Shown here in pieces: positions 23,346 to 31,731 of a stretch of 35,599 nucleotides of DNA (positions are counted from its first letter, which is position 1; each line of letters begins with the position of its first letter). This DNA comes from Armatimonadota bacterium (lineage in GTDB: Bacteria > Armatimonadota > HRBIN16), in assembly GCA_028275265.1 (NCBI GenBank), contig JAPWUZ010000001.1:1-35599 (forward strand), given 5' to 3'. A program made the translations under genes and the position numbers. The notes beneath the pieces are model-generated. The model did no database searches and was not told where the DNA came from. It saw only the letters and a program-made list of their open reading frames with translations.

Positions 23346-23376
23346 GCAACGGGCAACCCCAAAGGTTGCCCGTTGC
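23346..23376. terminator. Perfect 13-bp hairpin between convergent genes (possible bidirectional terminator or REP-like element)
   Basis: GCAACGGGCAACC-ccaaa-GGTTGCCCGTTGC. It lies 10 nt after the plus-strand stop and abuts the Uma2 stop codon. No U-tract on either side. Confidence 0.5.
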
Positions 23377-23993
23377 TAGTCCTGAGCAAGCATTTCCTGC
23401 GCGGCAGCACGCGCACCGGGCAGACCTTCTCCCGTGAACCATTCGGCTTGCAGGCGAAAGCCCGGTAAGACGCTGCTGTTCAGCGAGCCGCTCTCATCGG
23501 GCTGCACTGGCACATAGCTGCCATCCTGCAGGCGGAACAGGTGGACCGCCCTGCGCCCCGGACGCGGGTCGATCAGCCAGTACTCGCGTACGCCTTCCCG
23601 CTCGTATTCCAGAAACTTCTCCACGCTGTCGCGGTGCAGGCTGTCGTCGGAAATGACCTCTACGACCACATCTGGCGCACCGGTGAAGCGGTCGGCATCC
23701 AGGTGTTGCAGGTTCTCATTGCGCACCACGAACAGGTCCGGCTCGCGAGAGGCGTTGCTGCGCGGCAGGTAGAGCTCAAACGGGGCAAATAGGAACTCTC
23801 CCACAGGGTTTCGTTGCAGATACTCTTCCAGCAGATACGCCAGAAAGCGAAGCACCTGCTGATGGTATCTTTTCGGCGGCATCAGCACTATGACCTCACC
23901 GTTGACCCACTCCGCATGGGTGTCTTCATCTTTCATACGCAGGAACTGCTCGTACGTCAGAGGCGTCTTTTCTGTTTTCAGCACAGGCGGCAT
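23376..23993 (-). CDS. Uma2-family (DUF820) PD-(D/E)xK-like endonuclease
   Basis: 'AEWVNGEVIVLMPPKRYHQQV', 'SREPDLFVV', 'PDVVVEVISDDSLHRDSVEKFLEYEREGVREYWLIDP' are hallmark Uma2 motifs. Confidence 0.85.
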   Translation of the reverse strand: MPPVLKTEKTPLTYEQFLRMKDEDTHAEWVNGEVIVLMPPKRYHQQVLRFLAYLLEEYLQRNPVGEFLFAPFELYLPRSNASREPDLFVVRNENLQHLDADRFTGAPDVVVEVISDDSLHRDSVEKFLEYEREGVREYWLIDPRPGRRAVHLFRLQDGSYVPVQPDESGSLNSSVLPGFRLQAEWFTGEGLPGARAAAQEMLAQD

Positions 23994-24023
23994 GAGATGT
24001 CCACCTCCACCCCTATTATACGC

Positions 24024-26768
24024 CTATTCGCGAGGCGCGTCGACAAGCGGAACAGGCGCACGGGAAGCGGGCTCGATGAGCAGTTCCACGCGGCTCGTAC
24101 CCTGAAGCTGCAGAATCAGACTGCCCGACGGCAGATACTGGTGCGGCGGCGCGATGGGCGTCGGCACGCCGTTGATGCGCACCTGCGGAACCCCGTCCAG
24201 CCCGTTGATGAGCGCATAGTAGTTGCGAGACAACCACGGGGTGATGCGAAAAGCCACCTGCAAACGGCGCGGGTTGCCTGGCAGGGGAGTACGCACCGAA
24301 GTCTGGTCGATTTGCCCGGGCGCGTGTACCAGCAGCCGGGTGGGGCGCAGGGCACGCAGAGAGTACACCGGCGTCGCGCTGAACAGCCGTATCGCGTCCG
24401 TCTGTACCGTGCCCGGGTTGATGGGCGGTCCGTCCCGCGTCTGCTGGCGCAGGTAGAACACATCGGGCAGCAAGCCCTGTCGCTCGGCGTCGTTTTGCTT
24501 CCAGGTCATCTGGATGCCTGTGGCGGTGATGCCGTCTGCAATGGCTCGCCAGGGGCCGCCGTAGGGGTCTACCTGCGCCAGGCGGTACAGCGCGTCCGCA
24601 TACGCCAACCCGCACCATTGCACCGGCAGTCCGAACCACACGGGAGAGGTCCAGTTGGTCGCGCCGTACACGGGGATGGTGGCGTAGGTACCAATGTTCT
24701 GATTGACCGGGTTCACCAGATACACGAAAGGCACGCCCGTCCACGCCCAGTAGCGCGCCTGCTGCAGGTAGTCCCCGTAGCCCGTCAGCAGGTAGCCCAT
24801 CAGATAAGCGCGCACCAGTAATCCCGCAGCGTAGATATCGGGCGTGTGCAGGGGGATTTCCCACGTCTGCGCGCCGCGGGGTACGCCGTTGCGGAACTTG
24901 TCCATCGCCTGCAGCAGGCGCAGCCCTTCGGCAATCAGCGCGCGGTCGCCGCTGAACGCGCCGTGTTCCAGCACCTGCAGCACCGCGGCGGCGGTATAAC
25001 CGCTGGCATCGGGTGCGTAGTGCGTGCGCCCGTAATCAGGTTTGCCGGGTTCGGGGCGGTAAATCAGCGTGCCATCCGGCTCGAACCGCGAGACCACCTG
25101 CCAGCCAACCTGCCTCGCCGTCTCCATGTTCTCCGCCACATGTCCGTACACCAGCGCTGCTACCGGATAGGCATTATGTGAGATATTGTAGAAGTTCATC
25201 GCCCAAGCAGGAACCTGAGCGATAGCGCCGATAGCGGTTTCGCGAAGGCGTTGTGCGAGGTTGGGGTCGGCGGCGTAGCCAGCTAGCCATTCCATCAGCA
25301 CCGCCGCATCCGCCGCGGGCTGCGCGTTGAAGCCGGGCCAGTAGGCGTGTCGGAAGAGATAGCCTTCGCGGATTCGCGAATCCAGCCAGCCTCCCGCTGC
25401 CAGCGACACGTAGCCGGTGAAGGTCATCCCGATGTTCGGCAAGGGCGGCAAACCACGCAGGCGGACGTAGTGCTGCACGGCGGGCACCACGCTCTCTCCC
25501 CGTCCGCCGATGAGAATGGCGTTCAGCACCAGAAGCTGGTTCGGCTGCAACACAATCGGCAAACTGGGCAGCAGCTTGCCCTCTTCGCGGTTCACGCCGT
25601 CGGAACCCGGGCTCAGGATGCCCATCACATGCGCGCCGGAGGCGAAGAAGCGGTCGGGCGAGTCGAACAGCGCGCAGAACTTCTCATCCGGTTGCCAGAT
25701 GAGACCGACGTACCGCCCTCGCGCCTGAATCGCCATCAGCGGGAAGGTAATCTTCAGGTTGTCGGGAACCTGACGCCGCGCCGCTGCTCCGATGACGTCC
25801 GCTTCGGAACTGCTCGGCTCGTTCTCCAGGTACTCCAGCCCTGCAAATAGCCCCTGCCCTTTGGAAGTGCCGTAGCTGCCCATGCCGGGCAACAGCAGCA
25901 GCATGGGCAGAAAGTACACCTCGCGCGGCTGGTCGACGCTGACCTGTGTCTGTAGGTCGATGGTTCCAGCTACGGGGTTCGGGCTGAAACGCTGAGTGAA
26001 CAGCCAGTTGCCGCCATCCGCATCTCGCGCACGGTACTCCACCACCAGCGCAATACCCTCGCGCCAGAGACGTGCGCTCTGGATGGCACTGTGCAACGCA
26101 AGCCATCGGCTCTCAGCCCCCATCTGGTAGCCAATCATGGGACGGGTAAAGCCGGTCGCCATGCGCTCGCCCGCTACCAGCAGTTCGAAGTTTCCGGGCG
26201 CGGGTGGACCGTGTCTCAGCACCACGTCGCCCGAACGCACCTCATGCACCTCACTCTGCAAGGTTGGGGGAACGGGTTGCAACCACTGCGGCTCCTGCGG
26301 CACATAGCGCACCTCGATGCTCATGTATCGCACCCATGCCCTGCCCGAAGGACCAGGGGGGTCGATGCGGAAGCGATAGTTGCCCGGCAGAACGGGCAGG
26401 ATAAGCGTTTGCTCTCCCCACGTCCCCTGCGGCACGAAGAAGCGCACCGATTGCTCTTCGGTCGCCCAGGTGCCGTCGCGGAAGTAGAAAATCTGCCAGA
26501 AGGTGCCGACTTCTGCCTTCACGCGGATGCGCAGGTACAGCGCTTTGTCGGATGGCAGGCTGTAGGCGGGACCAATCGTGTAGGGGTCCTCTCCCGAAAT
26601 CTCTATTTGCATACCGTCGCCGGTTGCCAACAGCCGACTGATGGCGTGCGTAGGCTGCCAGCGGGCGACCTCCAGCGGGTTGCGGAAGTCGATGTAGTAC
26701 AGCGTTTGGGCGTAAGCGCAGGTAATAGAGAAAAGTCCCAGAACTACCAGAACAACGCGAGCGAACAC
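24024..26768 (-). CDS. Large secreted protein of unknown function. My weak guess at architecture is an N-terminal beta-sandwich, a central alpha/alpha-repeat-like region and a C-terminal beta domain, possibly glycan-active.
   Basis: Uninterrupted 914-aa frame from GTG 26768, with AGGAAAGGGGGG upstream. Signal peptide 'VFARVVLVVLGLFSITCAYAQ'. I recognised no catalytic motif. Confidence 0.6.
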   Translation of the reverse strand: MFARVVLVVLGLFSITCAYAQTLYYIDFRNPLEVARWQPTHAISRLLATGDGMQIEISGEDPYTIGPAYSLPSDKALYLRIRVKAEVGTFWQIFYFRDGTWATEEQSVRFFVPQGTWGEQTLILPVLPGNYRFRIDPPGPSGRAWVRYMSIEVRYVPQEPQWLQPVPPTLQSEVHEVRSGDVVLRHGPPAPGNFELLVAGERMATGFTRPMIGYQMGAESRWLALHSAIQSARLWREGIALVVEYRARDADGGNWLFTQRFSPNPVAGTIDLQTQVSVDQPREVYFLPMLLLLPGMGSYGTSKGQGLFAGLEYLENEPSSSEADVIGAAARRQVPDNLKITFPLMAIQARGRYVGLIWQPDEKFCALFDSPDRFFASGAHVMGILSPGSDGVNREEGKLLPSLPIVLQPNQLLVLNAILIGGRGESVVPAVQHYVRLRGLPPLPNIGMTFTGYVSLAAGGWLDSRIREGYLFRHAYWPGFNAQPAADAAVLMEWLAGYAADPNLAQRLRETAIGAIAQVPAWAMNFYNISHNAYPVAALVYGHVAENMETARQVGWQVVSRFEPDGTLIYRPEPGKPDYGRTHYAPDASGYTAAAVLQVLEHGAFSGDRALIAEGLRLLQAMDKFRNGVPRGAQTWEIPLHTPDIYAAGLLVRAYLMGYLLTGYGDYLQQARYWAWTGVPFVYLVNPVNQNIGTYATIPVYGATNWTSPVWFGLPVQWCGLAYADALYRLAQVDPYGGPWRAIADGITATGIQMTWKQNDAERQGLLPDVFYLRQQTRDGPPINPGTVQTDAIRLFSATPVYSLRALRPTRLLVHAPGQIDQTSVRTPLPGNPRRLQVAFRITPWLSRNYYALINGLDGVPQVRINGVPTPIAPPHQYLPSGSLILQLQGTSRVELLIEPASRAPVPLVDAPRE

Positions 26769-26902
26769 AGCAATCCCCCCTTTCCTGAAACACACTGAAA
26801 CGATAGCACAACGGGCAATAACAGTCAACACGACGGATACCCACTGCAGGAAAATGACAAATCTTGTCGAATAAGAAACAAAGTGGCATGGAGGAGCTGA
26901 CT

Positions 26903-27847
26903 ATGAAGCCGGGCGGTGAGGTTGCCCTTGTGGCGATACAGATGCGTACCACTCTGGAGGACTACCAGAGCGAAAAACGGTTGACGAGCCGCGTAAACGA
27001 CCTGCTCGCCTCGGCGAAGAAGCGTGTGCGCCCGGGGCTTCCCGTTTTGGCTGTCTTCCCTGAGGACATCGGTTTGGGAATGCTATTCCTCGATGATTAC
27101 GAAGCAGTCAAGGGATGCAAGAGCATCTATGAAGCCGCAGCAGTACTCTCACAACGCTACGCCACGTCCATCCGACAGATAATAGATACGTACCGTGTCT
27201 CCCCCACGAGGGCACTTTTGCTGGCACTGGGCAAAAGGCTGGAAAGCCGTTATCGCCGTCTTTTCTCGCAGGCGGCGCGCCAGCACGGCGTGACCCTGGT
27301 TGCAGGCAGTGCACCCCTCCCTCACCCGAAACACCCCGACGAAGTGTATAACACCACCTATGTCTTCGCGCCTGACGGTCGGCTGATTCTGACGCAGCGC
27401 AAGGTGCATCTTATCCCGCTGGAGCAGCCAATGGGCATGGACCTCTGTGCAGGGACGGTCGAGGAGCTTCGGGTAGTAGACACGCCCGTGGGCAGGCTGG
27501 GTGTCGCTATCTGCTGGGACGGCTTCCACGCCGATGTCATTGAGGCACTGGTCAAACAGAAGGCGCGCCTGATAGCACAGCCGTCCTTTAACCCGCTACC
27601 CTGGACACAGGAGCAGGCGGAGAGCTGGAAAACCGGTCTGTGGCAGGCGTGCCAGCAGTATCCCGAACTCATCGGCGTCAATCCGATGATGACAGGCAGG
27701 CTGTTCGAGGATGTGGTGATCGAAGGGCGTTCCAGCATCGTGGCGCACGTTTCACGCACGCGGGATGGTTCAGGCTATCTGGCACAGGCAAGCAGTGCAG
27801 TGGATGAAGAGATAATAGTGGCACAAATCCGACTACAGACACCATAA
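26903..27847 (+). CDS. Carbon-nitrogen hydrolase (nitrilase superfamily) protein
   Basis: Candidate E-K-C triad: 'VFPEDIG', 'RKVHLIP' and 'GVAICWDG'. I chose ATG 26903, with GGAGGAG 7 nt upstream. Confidence 0.78.
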   Translation: MKPGGEVALVAIQMRTTLEDYQSEKRLTSRVNDLLASAKKRVRPGLPVLAVFPEDIGLGMLFLDDYEAVKGCKSIYEAAAVLSQRYATSIRQIIDTYRVSPTRALLLALGKRLESRYRRLFSQAARQHGVTLVAGSAPLPHPKHPDEVYNTTYVFAPDGRLILTQRKVHLIPLEQPMGMDLCAGTVEELRVVDTPVGRLGVAICWDGFHADVIEALVKQKARLIAQPSFNPLPWTQEQAESWKTGLWQACQQYPELIGVNPMMTGRLFEDVVIEGRSSIVAHVSRTRDGSGYLAQASSAVDEEIIVAQIRLQTP

Positions 27848-27871
27848 CGTTGCGTAAGGGAGGAGAACGAG

Positions 27872-28852
27872 GTGCCGCAGAGGCTGGTACTGGGTATCGA
27901 CGGTGGACAAAGCACCACACGAGCGTTGATCGCCGATATGGAAGGTAACCTTCTGGGGCTGGGGGTGGGAGGACCTTCCAACCACATCCACGAGCCGGGC
28001 GGTCCCGAACGTCTTCGTCACTCTTTGCGAACGGCACTGAACGGCGCATTGCAGAGTGCTTTCCTGCCCGCTGATACACGCTTTGCGGTGGCACTGTGCG
28101 GTATGACCGGCGGCGGACCGCTGGTGGAGGAGATTTGCCGTCAGGAGCTGCCCGCCGAGAAGGTGGTGGTGACGCACGACACCCGCACCGCGCTGTATTG
28201 CGTGACGCAAGGGCGCCCCGGAGCAGTGGTGATAGCCGGTACCGGCTCCGTGGCGTTCGGGATGAACGAGGACGGCGAGATTGCCTCCGTGGGCGGTTGG
28301 GGATACCTGATGGGCGATGAGGGAAGCGCGTACTGGATAGCCCTGCAGGCGATAAACGCATGTACCCGTGCAGAAGACGGACGCATCCCACCGACGTGGC
28401 TGAAGCGAGTGATACTGGAGCATTTCGGTGTGGAGAGTCTGTCGGCACTGCATCGGCTGATATATTCCGAACAGCTATCACGGGGACAGCTGGCTTCCGC
28501 CGCACAAGCGGTTTCGGATGCCGCCAAGCTGGGCGAGCGCACGGCGATACGCATTCTCACCAGCGCAGGTAAAGAGCTGGGACTGATGGCTGTAGTCGTG
28601 TTGCGCAAGCTCGGAATCCAGTACCACCGGGTCAGGGTAGGGCTCGTGGGAGGAGTAGCCCGGGCAACCGCTCCATTGCACGAAGCTTTCCGCGCAAGGG
28701 TGCATCGGAGCACGATGGCAGAGGTGGTGAAACCGCGCTTCCCGATGGTGGTCGCCGCCGTGTGCATGGCACTGGAGCAGGCGGGCATGACTGCAGATGA
28801 GCATCTGTGGCAGCGGATGGAGGAACAGTCGCCACGCTTCGGTCTTATCTGA
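27872..28852 (+). CDS. BadF/BadG/BcrA/BcrD-type ASKHA ATPase (N-acetylglucosamine-kinase-like)
   Basis: 'LVLGIDGGQSTTRALIAD', 'VVIAGTGSVAFG' and 'GGWGYLMGDEGSAYWIA' are the family motifs. GTG start after GGGAGGAGAACGAG. Confidence 0.8.
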   Translation: MPQRLVLGIDGGQSTTRALIADMEGNLLGLGVGGPSNHIHEPGGPERLRHSLRTALNGALQSAFLPADTRFAVALCGMTGGGPLVEEICRQELPAEKVVVTHDTRTALYCVTQGRPGAVVIAGTGSVAFGMNEDGEIASVGGWGYLMGDEGSAYWIALQAINACTRAEDGRIPPTWLKRVILEHFGVESLSALHRLIYSEQLSRGQLASAAQAVSDAAKLGERTAIRILTSAGKELGLMAVVVLRKLGIQYHRVRVGLVGGVARATAPLHEAFRARVHRSTMAEVVKPRFPMVVAAVCMALEQAGMTADEHLWQRMEEQSPRFGLI

Positions 28853-28872
28853 TGGCGCGTGTGCAGACCCTG

Positions 28873-31725
28873 CTACTTTTCCTTCCGCGTCCGTTTTTTG
28901 GCATCCAGCAGCCTGCCGATTTGCTCGCTGGAGGTTGAGGGCTGAGGTGAAACGGGGCGAGACGTGGTAGTCTCCCCGGCAGTTGTCGGCTCATCGGGAG
29001 CAGAAGAAGGCACAACCGCCGCCGGAGGCTCATACTTTTCCCGAAGACGTCTTTTGCGCTGCAACAGTTGGGATGTTGCGGAAGCCGAGGAAGGAGCAGT
29101 GCGCACCACACGCAAACGCGCCAGCACACGCGCCCACGCCTGCTGCCACTCCGGCAGCACCTCCGCCTGCCACACGATGCGCCGCAGGGCAATGTCCACC
29201 GGCAAAAGGAACAATACCACAAACAACAGCGGAATACTCGCCTCCGAGGGCACACGCACCGGCGCGCGCTGGGCACCGAAGATATCCTGCGGCGATGGCT
29301 GTTGCCTGCCTCCGGTAAGACGGGCTATCTGCTCCAGGAGCGAACTGTTGCTCTTCAAATCGCGATACTCGGGCGAGTAGGCGATGGTGTCCGTCCCCAC
29401 GCTCAAGCCAACCGTACCGTTGGGGCGGCGATACTGCACGGCGACCACGTAGGTTCCGTAGCCTCGCGCGTCGAAGGCGGCTTCGTAGCGGGAGGCTCCC
29501 GTCTGCGAGAGCACCAGCGGCGTGACCTGACCGGTCGGGGAGACCAGTTTGGCGGTCAGCGACCGCGCGCCTTCATCCGCGCCGGCAGGTCGCCGCAGGA
29601 TGTCTATGCTCACATACCCCTTGCCTCCAGAGATGCTCACCTGCGTGCGCACATCGTCGGCAGGCAAGCTGCGCAGGATGGTGCGTATGACGCGGGCAGC
29701 GAAAGCGGGAAACTCCGCCCACTTTACCCATTGCGCGCACCATTTCGCCTGCCCATCGGAGGTGAACGCCATACTGCGCCCCACGCCATACTGCCACACC
29801 GCAAATACGGGGTCGTCTTTGTGTGAGAGCAAGCCCAGCTGCGCCCCGGGCTTGGCGGTGGTGGTGTTGTAGCCCAGCAGGGGCGGTGAAGCCTCCCAGT
29901 TAAAGCCTGACACGCTTTCATCGCCGGTGTAGCGCACGTAGAACGGCTCCTCGATATACTGCGCTTTGCCGGCTATCATCGCCTCTTTCGTGAAGATTTG
30001 CGGCAGGTTCGCCATGCGGTCGGTGAAGTAGTAGCGTCCGCCACCCGCTTTCGCCAGTTGCTGCAGGAAGCCTTCATCCTTGCCGTGCCCGAAACAGACG
30101 ACAGTGACGGTGATGCCCGCCTGTCGCAGTTTGGCAGCCAGCGGGATCGCCCCTTCCTGGTCGTCGCAGTCATCACCATCTGCCAGCACAATCATGTGCT
30201 TCAGCCTTGCCCGGCTGATTTGCATCAGCTTCGCGCCCGCCTCCATGCCCGGACGCACATAGATACCCCCGCCGCCCGGCTGGAACGCCGCGATGGCACG
30301 CAGTATCTGTTCCTTCTTGTCGCCCACACGCCACATCGGCACCACCGCCCGGCAGTCGGAACCGGCGGCGATAATGCCCACCTCGTCCTGCGCGGTCAGG
30401 AAGCGCACTACCGTCGCCGCAGCGCGGTTTGCCAGCTCCATTTTGGTAGTTTCCCCCTCGGGCATCGCCATACTGCCCGAATCGTCCACCACCAACACGA
30501 TGCCCACACTGGGGAAAGAGTGGTATTTGCGCACGTCCATGGAAACGGGCAACGCTTCCTCGATCGGGGTTTCGAAGTAGCCTCCTGCGCCGAAGCTATC
30601 CTCGCCGCCCACCATTCCCAGCCCGACCCCCAGCTCGCGGGTGGCGGTCTGTAAAGCGCGCATTGCGGGGATTCCCAGTTCGTAGGCGGGCACGTTGTGC
30701 AGTATCACCGCGTCGTACGCCTGCAGCTGTGCCGGCTGGGTCTTCACCCCCTGCGGGTTCACCACGTCCACGCGAATCCGTTGCGACTGTGCAGCGACGG
30801 ACAACAGGGTCGGATTTCCGCTGCCGGTCACGTACAGCACCCGAGGCGTGCCCTGCACGCGCACATAGCCTGCGCCTCGGTTGTTCTGGGGATACGTATC
30901 GACGGAAGCCATCATGGATACCTGATAGCGATACTGCCCCGCGGTGTCCTCGCGATGCGTCATTGGCACCAGATTTTTACCCGACTTGAGAGTAACCACC
31001 TGCGTCTTCACTGGCTGTCCGTCACGCAGCAGGGTCAACTCTGCCGTTTGTTCGTGGGTAGACTGTATCCACACGCGCAGGTTAAACGGCTCGCCCTCTT
31101 TGACCAGGACAGGAGTTTGCACCCGCTCGATCAGCGCCTCGGTAGGCACCTCACGCGGGAAGGGCACCACATGCACCTTTACCCCGCGGCTGGCGGCCTG
31201 CAACGCCTGCGCCACCGTGTCGCCTGCATTGGCGTTGCCATCGGAGAAGAGCACCATCTGCTTGCCGACGTTTTCGGGAAAGGCGGCGAGGGCAAGACTG
31301 ATGGCACGCCCGATGTCGGTCATTTCGGGTGAGCTGCTGGCGGGGAGGCGGCTGAGGTCCAGGCGCGCGCCCAGTGGAACGACCAACTGCGGCTCACTCC
31401 CGAAGACGATGACGCCCGCCATGTCGTCCTCGCGCATGTGCCGTGCCGCGTCTCGGATGAACTGCAGGGCGGATTCGCGCTGCTGCGGCTCCACGCTCGC
31501 GCTGCCGTCCACCACGAAGAAGACCGCTTGAGCGGTAGTGGTTCGCACCCAGCGGATTCCCGCCAGCGCAAAAACGACGAGGGTCACCAGCAACAGGCGC
31601 AGCCAGAGGGAAGCCCGTTTCTGCCAGCGGGGCAAAGCTGCCAGGCTGTGCTGGTGTATCCACCAGAAAACGGGCAATACCGCCAGCAAGAGCAACATCC
31701 ACGGTCGTGCGAACTCTACAGGCAT
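28873..31725 (-). CDS. 950-aa membrane protein: BatA_N-type N-terminal TM pair, two VWA domains, a large C-terminal region, a C-terminal TM and a basic tail
   Basis: 'FARPWMLLLLAVLPVFWW' (BatA_N-like). VWA MIDAS-like 'VFFVVDGSASV' and 'IVLVVDDSGSM'. C-terminal TM 'IPLLFVVLFLLPVDIAL'. It starts 6 nt after the upstream stop. Confidence 0.8.
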   Translation of the reverse strand: MPVEFARPWMLLLLAVLPVFWWIHQHSLAALPRWQKRASLWLRLLLVTLVVFALAGIRWVRTTTAQAVFFVVDGSASVEPQQRESALQFIRDAARHMREDDMAGVIVFGSEPQLVVPLGARLDLSRLPASSSPEMTDIGRAISLALAAFPENVGKQMVLFSDGNANAGDTVAQALQAASRGVKVHVVPFPREVPTEALIERVQTPVLVKEGEPFNLRVWIQSTHEQTAELTLLRDGQPVKTQVVTLKSGKNLVPMTHREDTAGQYRYQVSMMASVDTYPQNNRGAGYVRVQGTPRVLYVTGSGNPTLLSVAAQSQRIRVDVVNPQGVKTQPAQLQAYDAVILHNVPAYELGIPAMRALQTATRELGVGLGMVGGEDSFGAGGYFETPIEEALPVSMDVRKYHSFPSVGIVLVVDDSGSMAMPEGETTKMELANRAAATVVRFLTAQDEVGIIAAGSDCRAVVPMWRVGDKKEQILRAIAAFQPGGGGIYVRPGMEAGAKLMQISRARLKHMIVLADGDDCDDQEGAIPLAAKLRQAGITVTVVCFGHGKDEGFLQQLAKAGGGRYYFTDRMANLPQIFTKEAMIAGKAQYIEEPFYVRYTGDESVSGFNWEASPPLLGYNTTTAKPGAQLGLLSHKDDPVFAVWQYGVGRSMAFTSDGQAKWCAQWVKWAEFPAFAARVIRTILRSLPADDVRTQVSISGGKGYVSIDILRRPAGADEGARSLTAKLVSPTGQVTPLVLSQTGASRYEAAFDARGYGTYVVAVQYRRPNGTVGLSVGTDTIAYSPEYRDLKSNSSLLEQIARLTGGRQQPSPQDIFGAQRAPVRVPSEASIPLLFVVLFLLPVDIALRRIVWQAEVLPEWQQAWARVLARLRVVRTAPSSASATSQLLQRKRRLREKYEPPAAVVPSSAPDEPTTAGETTTSRPVSPQPSTSSEQIGRLLDAKKRTRKEK

Positions 31726-31731
31726 CTCCGC

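Noticed and set aside
22130-23416. 428-aa ORF antisense to the LolA-like/TlpA gene
   Set aside because: It lies entirely opposite a gene with clear motifs (signal peptide, CPPC). The translation is Arg/Leu/His-rich low-complexity sequence typical of antisense frames in high-GC DNA. It has no RBS or motif.
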